Positions 11,026 to 21,773 of a stretch of DNA of 64,000 nucleotides are shown one piece after another (position 1 is the first letter of the stretch; every line of letters begins with the position of its first letter). Source of the stretch: Callorhinchus milii (lineage: Eukaryota); assembly GCF_018977255.1 (NCBI RefSeq), contig NW_024704745.1, positions 65,348,001 through 65,412,000 of the forward strand. Direction: 5' to 3'. Below the pieces are notes generated by a model. That model was not told the DNA's origin, did not search any database, and saw only the letters and a list, made by a program, of their open reading frames with translations. A program made the translations under genes and the position numbers.

Positions 11026-12149
11026 GTTGGTATTTTATATTTAAAATGCTCATGGTATGCAACCACTTCTCCCCTCCTCTTTCGGCAAAATGTCCTGGGA
11101 GAATCAGTTTCAGTGTGTAAATATTTTAAAGTTTTTTGTAAGTACTGAATAAAATTCAAGTTATTCACACTAGCAGTATTTCCATGAAGCAAATGTCTTG
11201 CTATTATAATGGTATATGGGCTTAAATCTAGGCTAGAAATTAGGAGCATGATTAGCCACTGGTGAGTAACACTAAAAACAACTGACTGAGAGGGAGACTG
11301 AATTATATATGAAGTTCTGTGACATTCACCGAAATATTTAGGAAATCGAAGTGTGGTTAGGAATATTTATGTGGTAATTAAGAATCACAATCTGAGCCTC
11401 GATAGCCACTTGATACATGGATCATTAAGAGGTTAAACAATATCTTGGAGAGGTTATATTCCAGAAGCCCTTGGGTCCTGAAATCTATTATTTTATGCTG
11501 AATTTGCCAATTAACATTGCTCTTTGTAGTTGCTACAGTCACAGGAAGCTGTGGGTTCAAGGTGGTTATAAATTGAGTCCTGATTGGCAGCAGTTGTTGT
11601 CTGCCTTTGTTGTACATACTCTGTTAACACTGGTTAAAGTTGAGCTCTACCACTACCAGGGTAGAAAGATGTTAAGTATGAAGCTTTTTTTAAACTTTCC
11701 ATTCCATGTCAAATTTGACATGGGTTGTTTATCGGATTTTAGAGATATGAAACTAAGACATGAGCTGAGTTATAATTTGGGATTTTTTTTGCTAATGAGC
11801 TGGTTGCACAAAATAATGGAATGGTTATTTGGTTATAACATGAGGGTGAGAAGACTTTGGGTGGATGTATAGTCTTGATATAATGTTAGATGAGATACAA
11901 TTGGATATGATAAAATATACCACAGGTAAAGTTTTTTTATACAGCACAATTTCTACACTGAAATGGAAGGAAACTTCTATTTTCTAGAAGGAAACCTAGC
12001 AGTAAATAAATGGATTTAGTTTGTTGCACCTTCCTCGCCAAATTTTAATGAACTCTCCTCAAACAGAAAATTCAAACCTTGGGACTTGCATGTTGTGGAA
12101 TTAATGCAAAAAAAGTTATTGGACTTTTTCCTTTTTTTCTGTGTTTCAG

Positions 12150-12312
12150 ATACAATACTTGTTTCGTGCATTCTGCCGTCTTCGGCCTGGCGTCCCGGTC
12201 TTGCTACTTCATGGCAAGCAGCAACAGATGAAGCGAATGCAGATGTACGATGATTTTTGCCGGAAAAAAGCAGCTGTATTATTTGCAACTGACATAGCTG
12301 CTCGAGGACTTG
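12150..12312 (+). CDS. DDX10: DDX10 exon (equiv. exon 8): motif V
   Basis: ttcAG|...|GTatgt. IQYLFRAFCRLRPGVPVLLLHGKQQQMKRMQMYDDFCRKKAAVLFATDIAARGL; 163 bp. Confidence 0.96.
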
Positions 12313-12350
12313 GTATGTACACTGCAGATATAAGATGCATATTTATTGAA

Positions 12351-12853
12351 TAATACATTTTACATTTAATAAGGGGCCTTTCACATTGGAAGGATGTCTC
12401 AAAGAATTATCCAATAAAGGATATACAATAAAGTATAGTGACTATTTTTTGTAGGTGATACCGACACCCAATTTCCACACAGCAATATCCCATATACTAT
12501 CGTGAAGAAAATGATGAATTTTATTCAGGGGATTATTGACCAGGACAGCAGGAGAAAATTCCTTTTCTTTTCAAATAATACCATGGGATCTTTAATACCC
12601 ACCTGAATGGGGAGACGCCACCTTGTTTTAATGTCCCATCCAAAGGATAGCTCCTTGAACAATTCAGTACATCTCCAGCAATGAATTAGAGTGGCAGCCA
12701 AGCTATAAGCTCAAATCCTGATATGGGGTTTGAACCCACGCAGTATATTCTGTGAAGCGCTTTGAAACATCTCAAAGGCCCTCTATCAAATGCAAGGATT
12801 ATTATTATTTAGGCTCAGAAGTGAGAGTGCTATCAACTCATCCAGGCTGACAC
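12351..12853 (-). mobile_element. Old Deu-domain tRNA SINE (SacSINE1/AmnSINE-like), near full length
   Basis: On - strand: tcagcctggatgagttgatagcactctc head, caggtgggtattaaagatcccatggtattatttgaa Deu core; interrupted at 12741-12810. Confidence 0.78.
12741..12810 (+). mobile_element. Young SINE 3' tail nested in the old SINE
   Basis: cagtatattctgtgaagcgctttga...aaatgcaaggattattattattt. Confidence 0.85.
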
Positions 12854-12905
12854 CTAAATTGTGAGAGTGTGGAATCATTAGTTTGACAATTATTTTTTCT
12901 TGCAG

Positions 12906-12990
12906 ATTTCCCTGCTGTGAATTGGGTTCTTCAGTTGGATTGTCCAGAGGATGCCAATACTTACATTCACAGAGCAGGAAGGACAGCCAG
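12906..12990 (+). CDS. DDX10: DDX10 exon (equiv. exon 9): motif VI
   Basis: tgcAG|...|GTattg. (D)[27 protein letters not shown](R); 85 bp. Confidence 0.96.
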
Positions 12991-14249
12991 GTATTGTAAT
13001 AGTGTATTGCTGTGCATATCAAAATGGTCTTCTAATACAAAAAAAATCGAACTTGGGAATTTTTTTACAATTGGGATTACTCTAAAAACATTGATGAATG
13101 TTAAATAGAAAATTTAAAAAAATATAAATTTCCATTTTTATTCCAGCAGACAAATTTATTTTCCTTCAGTTTTTATTTGAGCTCCCTCTAGAAAATGTTA
13201 ATGCCTTTAACATTTTCTGCATTATGCTGAGGGGCCTGGAAACAGTAAAAGGGGCCAGAGGACTGTATTTTGCATGCAAGTACATGAATGTTGCATTAGC
13301 TGAGCGCTTACATTTCACTGGTTCCTAAAATGACCTTACCAATTACAAATCTTGATTTCAATTTTTTTTCAATTGAATAGATTTAATTCTAATTTTGATT
13401 GTGGTTTCATGTATGCAGGTTTTATTTCACAATTGTGTTGTGTGTCTTGTAATCTTCCATTGAGATTTAATAACTGTATCACAACTCATTTTTCATAAAT
13501 GAATGTTCAAAAATTAATTGTGCATTTGCTAAAGGATTAATTGTATGAATATGTAAATCTGTGTTCATTCAGTAGGTTTATTTGCAGTTAATTGGTAAAA
13601 TATCAGACTTCAAATTGGATTTGAATTTGGATTTGGACTGCCAATGGTATCATTACTCAAGCTCTCTATCGTTCATGTATTTGCTACGTAGAATCTTTGG
13701 TTGATGTTGCTCCACTGTCAATAAATTAATAATTAATTAATTGGTGAATCAGTGACTAGAGTCCATCAATTTAAGATAGTGAGTAAATGGAGAGCTTAGG
13801 AGAGTTTTTCACACACAGGATAGTTGGGAAATGGAAGGCAGTGGTTGAGGCAGAATCCATATTAGTTATCAAAAGGGAACTGGATCCTTTAAAAGGAATC
13901 AACTACAAAGGATATGGAACAGATAGGTAAATGTGACAGGATAAATTGCTCTTAAAGTAGCTGACGCAGCCATGATGGGTCAAAAGTCCTGTGCTTTAAA
14001 TTTCTACAGTTTTGTGTTTTGATTGTTGAGTTTAACTTTGCTGCCTGCATCCTCATCTGCAACAAACTCTCAAAGCCCAACACCCCAGTTCTTATCAGTC
14101 TCCACTGGATCCCTGTGTACCAGCAGATCGAATTCAAGGCCTCACTCTCATCTATAAATCTATCCACTCCTTGGCATCTCCTTATTTCTTCTACGTACAC
14201 GCATCTATTTCTGGGCATCCCCATTGTTGCCTGAGCCATCTGTCCCTTA

Positions 14250-14565
14250 TAATAATAATCCTTGCATTTGATATAGCGCTTTTCACGTCGGGAGGACGTC
14301 CCAAAGCGCTTCACAGAACACACTGTAAAGTGAATTGACTGTATATTTGTGGGCGAACGCGGCAGCCAATTGCGCACAGCAATGTCCCACAAACAGTCGT
14401 AGATTGAAAATGACCAATTTATTATTGTTTTTGGTTTTGGAGGGATTATTATTAGGCTCTGTGTGGAGTAAGGAAACTTGCCCAAGGTTTCGCCCTCTGC
14501 CTGGAATTGAACTCAGGTCTCTCGCTTGCAAAGCGAGTGCTCTAACCACTGGGCTACAGGACTCC
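14250..14565 (-). mobile_element. Young SINE, full length (variant B)
   Basis: Complete head to (TTA)n tail; near-identical to 8861-9057 and 58273-58567. Confidence 0.93.
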
Positions 14566-14600
14566 CTTACGTATGGAACCCCCTCCCTCTTCCACATAAC

Positions 14601-14829
14601 AACATAAGAATTTGCTAGGCCATCTAGTTCGCCATCCTGGCAGTTGCTTGATATGTTGTGTGCCAAACTATATACTGTATCTCGAGATATTATTTTCTAG
14701 CAGAAATCTTGTCTAATTTGTTTTTGAAACAACAACCTTTTCTGCTTCCACTATCCCTCAAGGGAGCCTGTTCCATAAGTTTACTGCTCTCTCACTGAAG
14801 CAGTGTTTATGCATATTTATTCTGAATTT
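14601..14829 (-). mobile_element. CR1 3' end fragment (same family as 3110-4020), diverged
   Basis: aacataagaa...ccatctagttcgccatcctggcag...gcctgttccataagtttac. Confidence 0.7.
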
Positions 14830-15489
14830 ACAAATTTCCCCTCAATCTGAAGGACAGCACCTCCATAAATGAAGTACACCTCCACTGAAGTGTCAACCTA
14901 GACTGAGAGTTCAAAGTCTTGACGTGGAGCTTGAACTCACAGAGCAAGGGTTTTACCAATTGAGCCAGGATTTCATGCGCACACACTTGATCAATCTGCT
15001 TGTGAAGTTGTGAATTCTGTTGGATACTCCTTCAAGAGTAAATGACAAACAACAATAGGGCCAATAAGAAGAAGGGCAGGAAGTACAAAAGGGACGCTGG
15101 GAGTGAGACAAAGAGTGTGTTTTTTGAGTGGTGGATTATTGAGAGTTTGGATTGACAAATAAAGAGGCTACTAACGCACCCATGATTTGTATCAAATTAT
15201 ATTACAAATTCTACTACGACTGCCCTGAGTCTATTTTGAGGTGTTGCCTTTATGAAACTTGTTTATCAAATCTTTCCATTCAGATACAAGGGCAACACCC
15301 AAAACATTAATTTTTCGGTTTTATTTCAAATTTCAAGCATTTAAGTTTTACCTATGTGCTTTTGCAAAACTTTTTTATTTACAAGCATATTCGTCAGACT
15401 GAGTTGCAGATGTGAGATAGTCGTGCTGGCGCCTATGCCCTTAACTATTGTGACTCAGTGATCCTTGTGCTCTGCTGATTTTTGCCGGT

Positions 15490-15722
15490 AATAATAACAA
15501 TAATATAATATTAATAGTCCTTACATTTGGTTTTGGAAGTTTCCAAAGTGCTCCACAGGATATACTGTAAAGTGGTGTGACTGTGTATTTTGTGGGCAAA
15601 TGCGACAGCCAATTTGTGACCCCACAAACAGCCATGAAGTGAATGAAAAATTTTATTCCGGGGATTGTTGGCCAGCCAGGACACCAGGAGAGAGAAACTT
15701 TTTTTTGGTAGATGCCAAGATT
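15490..15722 (-). mobile_element. Old Deu SINE 3' half
   Basis: gcgacagccaatttgtg...ggccagccaggacaccaggagagaaac. Confidence 0.7.
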
Positions 15723-16119
15723 CCAATTTCCATTCAGTTCACTGCAAAGAGCTGCTTGGTAAATCAAAAACTATAAATCTTGCATAATGGTTACATTAGC
15801 TGTAATGTACCGCTTGTGCTACTCACCTTGATTTCTGCCCCTCTCTGATTTTTCAGATTGGAAAATGTGGTTCTGTTCTCATGACATATGGAACATCATT
15901 GAAACTATCTCTTCGGGCTGCAGTTTTTTCATTATTAAAGACTTTGGGGATGATTCCTATCACTTGTAGTTCTATTCGCTTTATGCTTTAAATAAATCTG
16001 ATTTTAAAATTTGGTTCCTGTTTGATAACAGAATTGTGAATTCATCAGATTGGTTCGGAATTTAAAACAACAATTTAATTGGAGCGGAAGAAATGCGGGA
16101 TACGGCATTGTTTAGACAC

Positions 16120-16395
16120 GTTTTCTTATTCCACAGCACGCCTCTGTTAACCGAGCAGTTAGTAGGAACCAGATTGTTAGTTGATTGGTGGATCACTTTC
16201 TGGAGGTAATGATCAATCAAAAAAAATTGGTCACTCAATCCACAACTGTTTGTAGGACGCTGCTGTGCACAATTGGTTGTCGCGTTTTGCCCAAAAATAC
16301 AGTCAATCCACTTTACAATAAATTCTGTGAAGCGCTTAGAGCCTTCTAAATGACATGATAAGGGGCTATAATCAAATGCAAGGATTATTATTATT
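16120..16395 (+). mobile_element. Young SINE, long variant, 5'-truncated
   Basis: cacgcctctgttaaccgagcagttagtaggaac insert plus common 3' half. Confidence 0.85.
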
Positions 16396-17281
16396 GAGAT
16401 GCATTTCTTTACTACCAAAAAAGGTGAAAACAAACAGAAAAGGGTTTGCAAAGCACTGCCATGAAGGAATTGTTGCAATGAACAATATGCAGTTTGAATG
16501 CAGTTCATTGAAGTGAGCAGTAGATCTTTGGTCCAGTACATATCTGCTGCTGTGGTAAGAACATTTTAAGTGGAAATAACCTGTGGAAAAGAATATCAGT
16601 ACTGAGCAGCAGGTTAAGGTTTAAATTTTTTTATTAAGTACATTTCTATTGGATCTGGCAATTCTGGAAAATGTTTGAAAGGATGTGATATGATTTCTAA
16701 AATCTGTCATACTTTATTCAGTGGAGCACAACATTTTTAAAGTGTTTCAAAAATGTATTGATATTCTCACAGTTGGTTTTAAAATTCTTTCTATAGCAAC
16801 ATGACTGGACTGTACCTGCAGTGTATATTTAAAGTACATTAAGCAAGTTGTATAGGAAGGGGTGAAACATAAAACTTGTCTCCTTGAGTTGACCGGCTTG
16901 CTAAAATATTCATAAGAACATAAGATCTTTTAGGAACAAGGAAAACTCCATTAACCCTACCTTTTCACTAATCCTTTTTTTCTAGAATCTTGTCTAGGTG
17001 GCTTTACTGACCATTTATACCGATGGCAGCACATGTAATTTTTAATGAGCAAAGAAAACTCAAGAGTCCTAAATAATTAAGTATTTTCCATTCCAATTCA
17101 GTCTGGGGTGCTATTTTCAGGGTGTGAAGCTGCTTACCTTCCACAAGCACATTGTAAGATAATAGTACTCCTGTGCATATCTGTCCTCCACAGATAGAAC
17201 TTTCCTCTCCTCCCCGACTCCATTCTGTCGGACATGACTCGGTATCTAGTCCCTAGCCCCTTCCACTCTTTTCATTAGTGA

Positions 17282-17470
17282 TCTGCCTGTCTCAGTTGGT
17301 AGTACTCTCCCTCCAAGTCAGAAGTTTTGGGTTCAAGGCCCACTTCAGGGTTTTGAACTCACATACTCTAGGCTGACACTTCAGTGCAGTGTTTGTCTTT
17401 CCGATGAGATATAAGGAACCACCTGGCTGTTAAAATGAAGTTTAAAGATTCCTTAACACTAATCGAAGAG
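17282..17470 (+). mobile_element. Old Deu SINE 5' half
   Basis: tctcagttggtagtactctc...agtcagaagttttgggttcaag...ctaggctgacacttcagtgcag. Confidence 0.72.
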
Positions 17471-17861
17471 TCACTTGTATGTAAGAAACAGGATCAAAAT
17501 GTGCAGCAGTTATGAGGGATTTGGCTTTCATCATCTGTTACCATCTGGATTTAGTGCCTATTCTTTACTGTTACTGTTAATGGTGACCTACTGTCTCTTT
17601 TTAAAACTGTCACCTATAACTGCTATAATTGCAGACTTGAGATGTACATTGCTCAGTGTAAGCTACTCAGTGGATTCTCTTTATAATAACGTTTAATAGT
17701 TTTACATATGTGATTTATTTTTTGCTTTGGCCAACTGGATGTCTGACACATTTGGAAACCCATCTCAGCATTCAAAGTATCAAAACCAGTTAACAACAAC
17801 AATTTGCATTTGTATAGTGCTCTACACATAGAATAACATCTCATAGTGCTTTACAATGTTG

Positions 17862-18185
17862 GGGCATACCCAAGAACCTGAGAATTGCACATGTGTATGC
17901 CAGCTTCACATGGAACTTTCCCTGTGTCTGGAATGGAATATGCACTCTCTCCCTGTAGAAACACATCTCTGTTTACCTAATTCCAGATTGTTTTTGGTGA
18001 GGATTGTGAGAGCCAAGGCTTGGAGACCCCACCCCCCCACCTCTGGGGTACTGATGGCCGCCTGGCTCAGGAACCGGCCCAGGCTACCAAGACCACTGAA
18101 TTGTAACACTCCATTGTCTTGCATGTCACATTGGAGGCAGCTCAGCTCCAAGGAAGCCCGGCGTACCCCACCAAACATGATCTAA
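17862..18185 (-). repeat. Unclassified interspersed repeat, copy 1
   Basis: Reverse complement aligns to 31560-31645 (ccttggctct...gaattagg...cagggagag...ttccattccagacac); orientation arbitrary. Confidence 0.7.
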
Positions 18186-18210
18186 TCTGTTGATTTTTCT
18201 TTCTTACTCT

Positions 18211-18237
18211 TGCATCACTATACCACTAGATGGCAAT
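18211..18237 (+). promoter_or_regulatory. Candidate CTCF site
   Basis: CCACTAGATGGCA core at 18223-18235 with upstream TGCA-type module. Confidence 0.5.
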
Positions 18238-21200
18238 ACTATACAGAAAGCCAGTCGACTCGGAGGCAGTTTGAATGAAAATTTAGTTGGTTACATCCAT
18301 TTAATCATGAGTTTGTGCATCAGATAAATCTAGAGCATTGAATACCGTTGCATGTTTATAGACCATAATGCTTGAGATTGTCTATTTTTATTAATTTTAT
18401 ATTCCATTGCAGGGCAGATGAGCAGAAATATTAAAATAGTGCGTAGGATTATTTATGTAAACTTGTGTTCTAAACTGTTTATCTTTGCTGAGCCATGTTT
18501 CCAGAATTTGGATTGCACAGGAACAAAATCTTTTTCAGCAATCTCAGCACCAAACCCTGCACAGGGTCTGGGTCCTTGGATCACAAATAACTTGAGTGGT
18601 GTGTACTGCCCCACTGCTGCAATTTGCTTTCCCAGCTGTGTATTTCTGATTCAGTTAGGTGTTTTCTGTTAAACATTGGTTGGGGGGGGTGGGTGGGTGG
18701 AGAGAGAGAGAGGATCAACTTTTATTGATCTTGCAAATCTGATTGCAGAATCAATTGGGATGTTTGAAAGACAAATGGACATTCAACAAGTAAGGGTATT
18801 AAGGGAAATGGAGAAGTTAGCAAAATGGAATTAAAAATCTACACCCTCTAATAAAATGGCAAGTTAGGCTCAGCACTCTGAATGACCTATTCCCATTGAC
18901 CTAAAAGAGTTGTGAGAAGGAGATAAATAAAACAGCGTTTTGAAATTTTTTGAAAGGTATGGTGGTTTGGAGGATTATACAGTGATACTCAGCAGGGACA
19001 CTCACAGTTTCAGAAATTGATGCATCATGGAGCCTGGGATGTCTTGTAATTGGGGGTGGGGTGGGGGCAAATATGAATCTGATCACTCTTCAGTAGCTCC
19101 TGGTGGTTAGTTATGGAGATAGCCAGTTTCCTGCAAGATTCATTTGATACATCTGTCGGTCATCCTCTAATAGCTCAACATCCTTTCGATGTACAGGAAA
19201 TTGTCCTTTTCCCTTTTCAAAAACTTTTCGAAACCTCGTGCAGTGTGTTTGGCTCACATATTCTTTGTCAAATATGTGAAGACGAACAAATTAAATCTGG
19301 GAGAACTAGTAGTGTGTGTTATAAAAAGTAACAGACTACCTTATGCAGAATAATGCTGTTTATATATTTGTAGCTTTTTTAAGCACCTTTTTTGTTACAG
19401 GAAATTATAGTTCCTAGTGAATCACAATGGCCTTAAATCTGTAGTTCATTTTACTGGAATGGTGAAGAGATTATAGAAAGCTTTCATAGACTGGGATTAA
19501 AGTTAGTTCATGGTTTGATATACTGTACTGCTTGTGAGTGTAATCATAAATGCTAGGATCAGATGTAATGAAAAGATAACCTGCTTTAGAGAGCTGTGTT
19601 TTGCTTTGAATTGAATTCTGCACGCTCTTTGTCTGCAATTATGTAATCAATGAGATTGGAGACCGGGTACATTCAGAGTACTCCCATCACTCATTCTTGA
19701 AGAATATTACTAGAAAAATTCCAGGTGATTGATTTGACTGCTCTGTTCCCCTGTAACTTTACTGCATTACATTTGTAGTGCATTAGAAACTGTTCATAAC
19801 ATTTCACATTTTCTCAAGTCTGTAAATTACCTTGAATGCTGAATTCCCAAAACAAGGCTGTGAACTAAATAACATGCATAGGGTTAGGACAGATCTCTGG
19901 GGAAAACTGCATTTTGATAGATAAAGAGTGAAGTCCCTAGTACTAATAAGTGTATTTTTAAAAATTTAATGCAATGTTGAATATATACGTTCCACTGATA
20001 ATCTTTATTGGAGAAAGATTAATAATGTGTGCTAAAGTAGAAGCCGCCCTAGTGTGAACATTTATTCTATAAGCAGTGAGTAGATGTTATTGATAATATT
20101 GTACATTGCTGTTTATTTCAAAGGAAACTCAGTGTCTGATAAGGTGGTTTTAGTGACTCACATTAACTAACAAAAATCCTTTGTAAAATCCTTTTTTTAA
20201 AAAAATTGATGCAATAAGAGAGTAGTTTGTTACTGTATCCATAGGTGGCTTGATGGACTGCTTATGCTATTCTGACTGGGAGTCTTTTTACTTTCAAATG
20301 TGTCAGATTTTTGTTCCTATTTTTAAAAAAAGACTGATGCAAAGGTTCCTTTATGCAGTTACCTAATACCAGTCAGTGAAACCACCATATGAGACGTTAT
20401 TGTCTCCTCCCCACAAATACATTGTATTGCTGCATCATAGCTTGTGCTGCAAGCGTTTGCTACTTATTGCAGTTATTTCTGCAAGAAAGGCCTTTGCAAG
20501 AAAATTTCCAAAATCTGAAAGGGGCTAACCGTAAATTGAAGCATTTCATTTTTGAAGCAGAAAGCAAGAATGGCCAGCTAGGAACCTGATTTGATACAGG
20601 CTTGATGTAAGTTGATTGATTGAAACCATTTCAGAAAACGTCACGGTTTGTGTGTGCAAAACCCATAAATTCTACCTTGCAAATGATTGCCTTTGCTGCA
20701 GGATCCTGCATATTTCTTGTCTATGAATAGTTCTATAAAATAGAATTCTTTACTGACCCTGAATTAGCAGATCAGATGGGCATCTCAGTCTGCGTGGAAA
20801 TTGATGGGTACACCAGGAAATTGACATTGGTAAAAAGCAATTTTATAGCATGAAATCTAGCTTTTTAAGCTGTAGTTGGTTTGAAAGAAATCCACATTAC
20901 AGTTAATTTGTTTACTTGCAGTACTGTTAAAAAATGGTATCAGGTCTATCAATTTCTAGGGGGAGTTTGTGCAGCAATACTGTACCTTGCAAGTAATAAT
21001 AAGCTCGTAGAACATATTTAGTGCACACCAACCATACAGATTATCAGTTTAACAACATTTTTTCTGAATACTTGATTCTTCAGCCTTAGTCTGTACTGCA
21101 GATGTCTCATAAAATGCCATTGAAGCTGTGAATGATTTTCTGGATGCTGAGTGAGCTGGCATCACTCATTCCATTTGGAATATATTTGCTGATGTGACCC

Positions 21201-21671
21201 AACCTACTCAACAGACCAGCTCACCCTTTCTAAAAATTTTACTAAAATGTTTGGGAGATTTTGAATTTCTTGCTGTGTGGATGCTATACACTGCGAATGC
21301 ATGTAGCTGGCCAACTTGCTGGCTGTTTTTTGCAGTAAAATAGCAACCTTCTGGTTAGGTTGCAACATTCGCTTCCTGTTTGCGCATGCACATGAATCAA
21401 AGTGATGTTTGCAGTGACTTGATCAACTGGAAAGTGGCTGTTTATTACTGTGGGAACTGGCGCACAGGGAGTGACCCAATTGGCTGGGTGAGTATGCAGT
21501 GAAACCGGGCGTCACACCTAGTTATAGGCAGTTTAGTATTTTATGGATTCCAACTACTGGATAATGAGGCTCCACTCATGAGTCACTGCAGCTTTAATAG
21601 TTTGCTATTTTAATAATGTTGATTTGTTCTGCAGAGATTGCTGTTAAAAGGTGCTCTTCTCTTATTTTTAG

Positions 21672-21773
21672 GTACAAAGAAGGAGGTGAAGCATTGCTAG
21701 TCCTTCTTCCATCAGAGGAAGAAGGCATGGTGAAACAGCTAGAAGAAAAAAAAGTTCCTATCAACAAAATAGA
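21672..21773 (+). CDS. DDX10: DDX10 exon (equiv. exon 10)
   Basis: ttttAG|...|GTaaga. YKEGGEALLVLLPSEEEGMVKQLEEKKVPINKI; 102 bp, phase 2-2. Confidence 0.93.

Noticed and set aside
5531-11031. Weak GTTGGT donors at exons 6 and 7
   Set aside because: Still canonical GT-AG U2-type sites with strong exonic AG; no sign of U12 introns
13952-14666. Recurring ORFs with WSFSIYDCLWDIAVRNWL / [10 protein letters not shown] / IKCKDYYY (also 8444, 8887, 29861, 31026, 49340, 54175, 55782, 58250)
   Set aside because: Chance translations of the same non-coding SINE, not a repeated protein family
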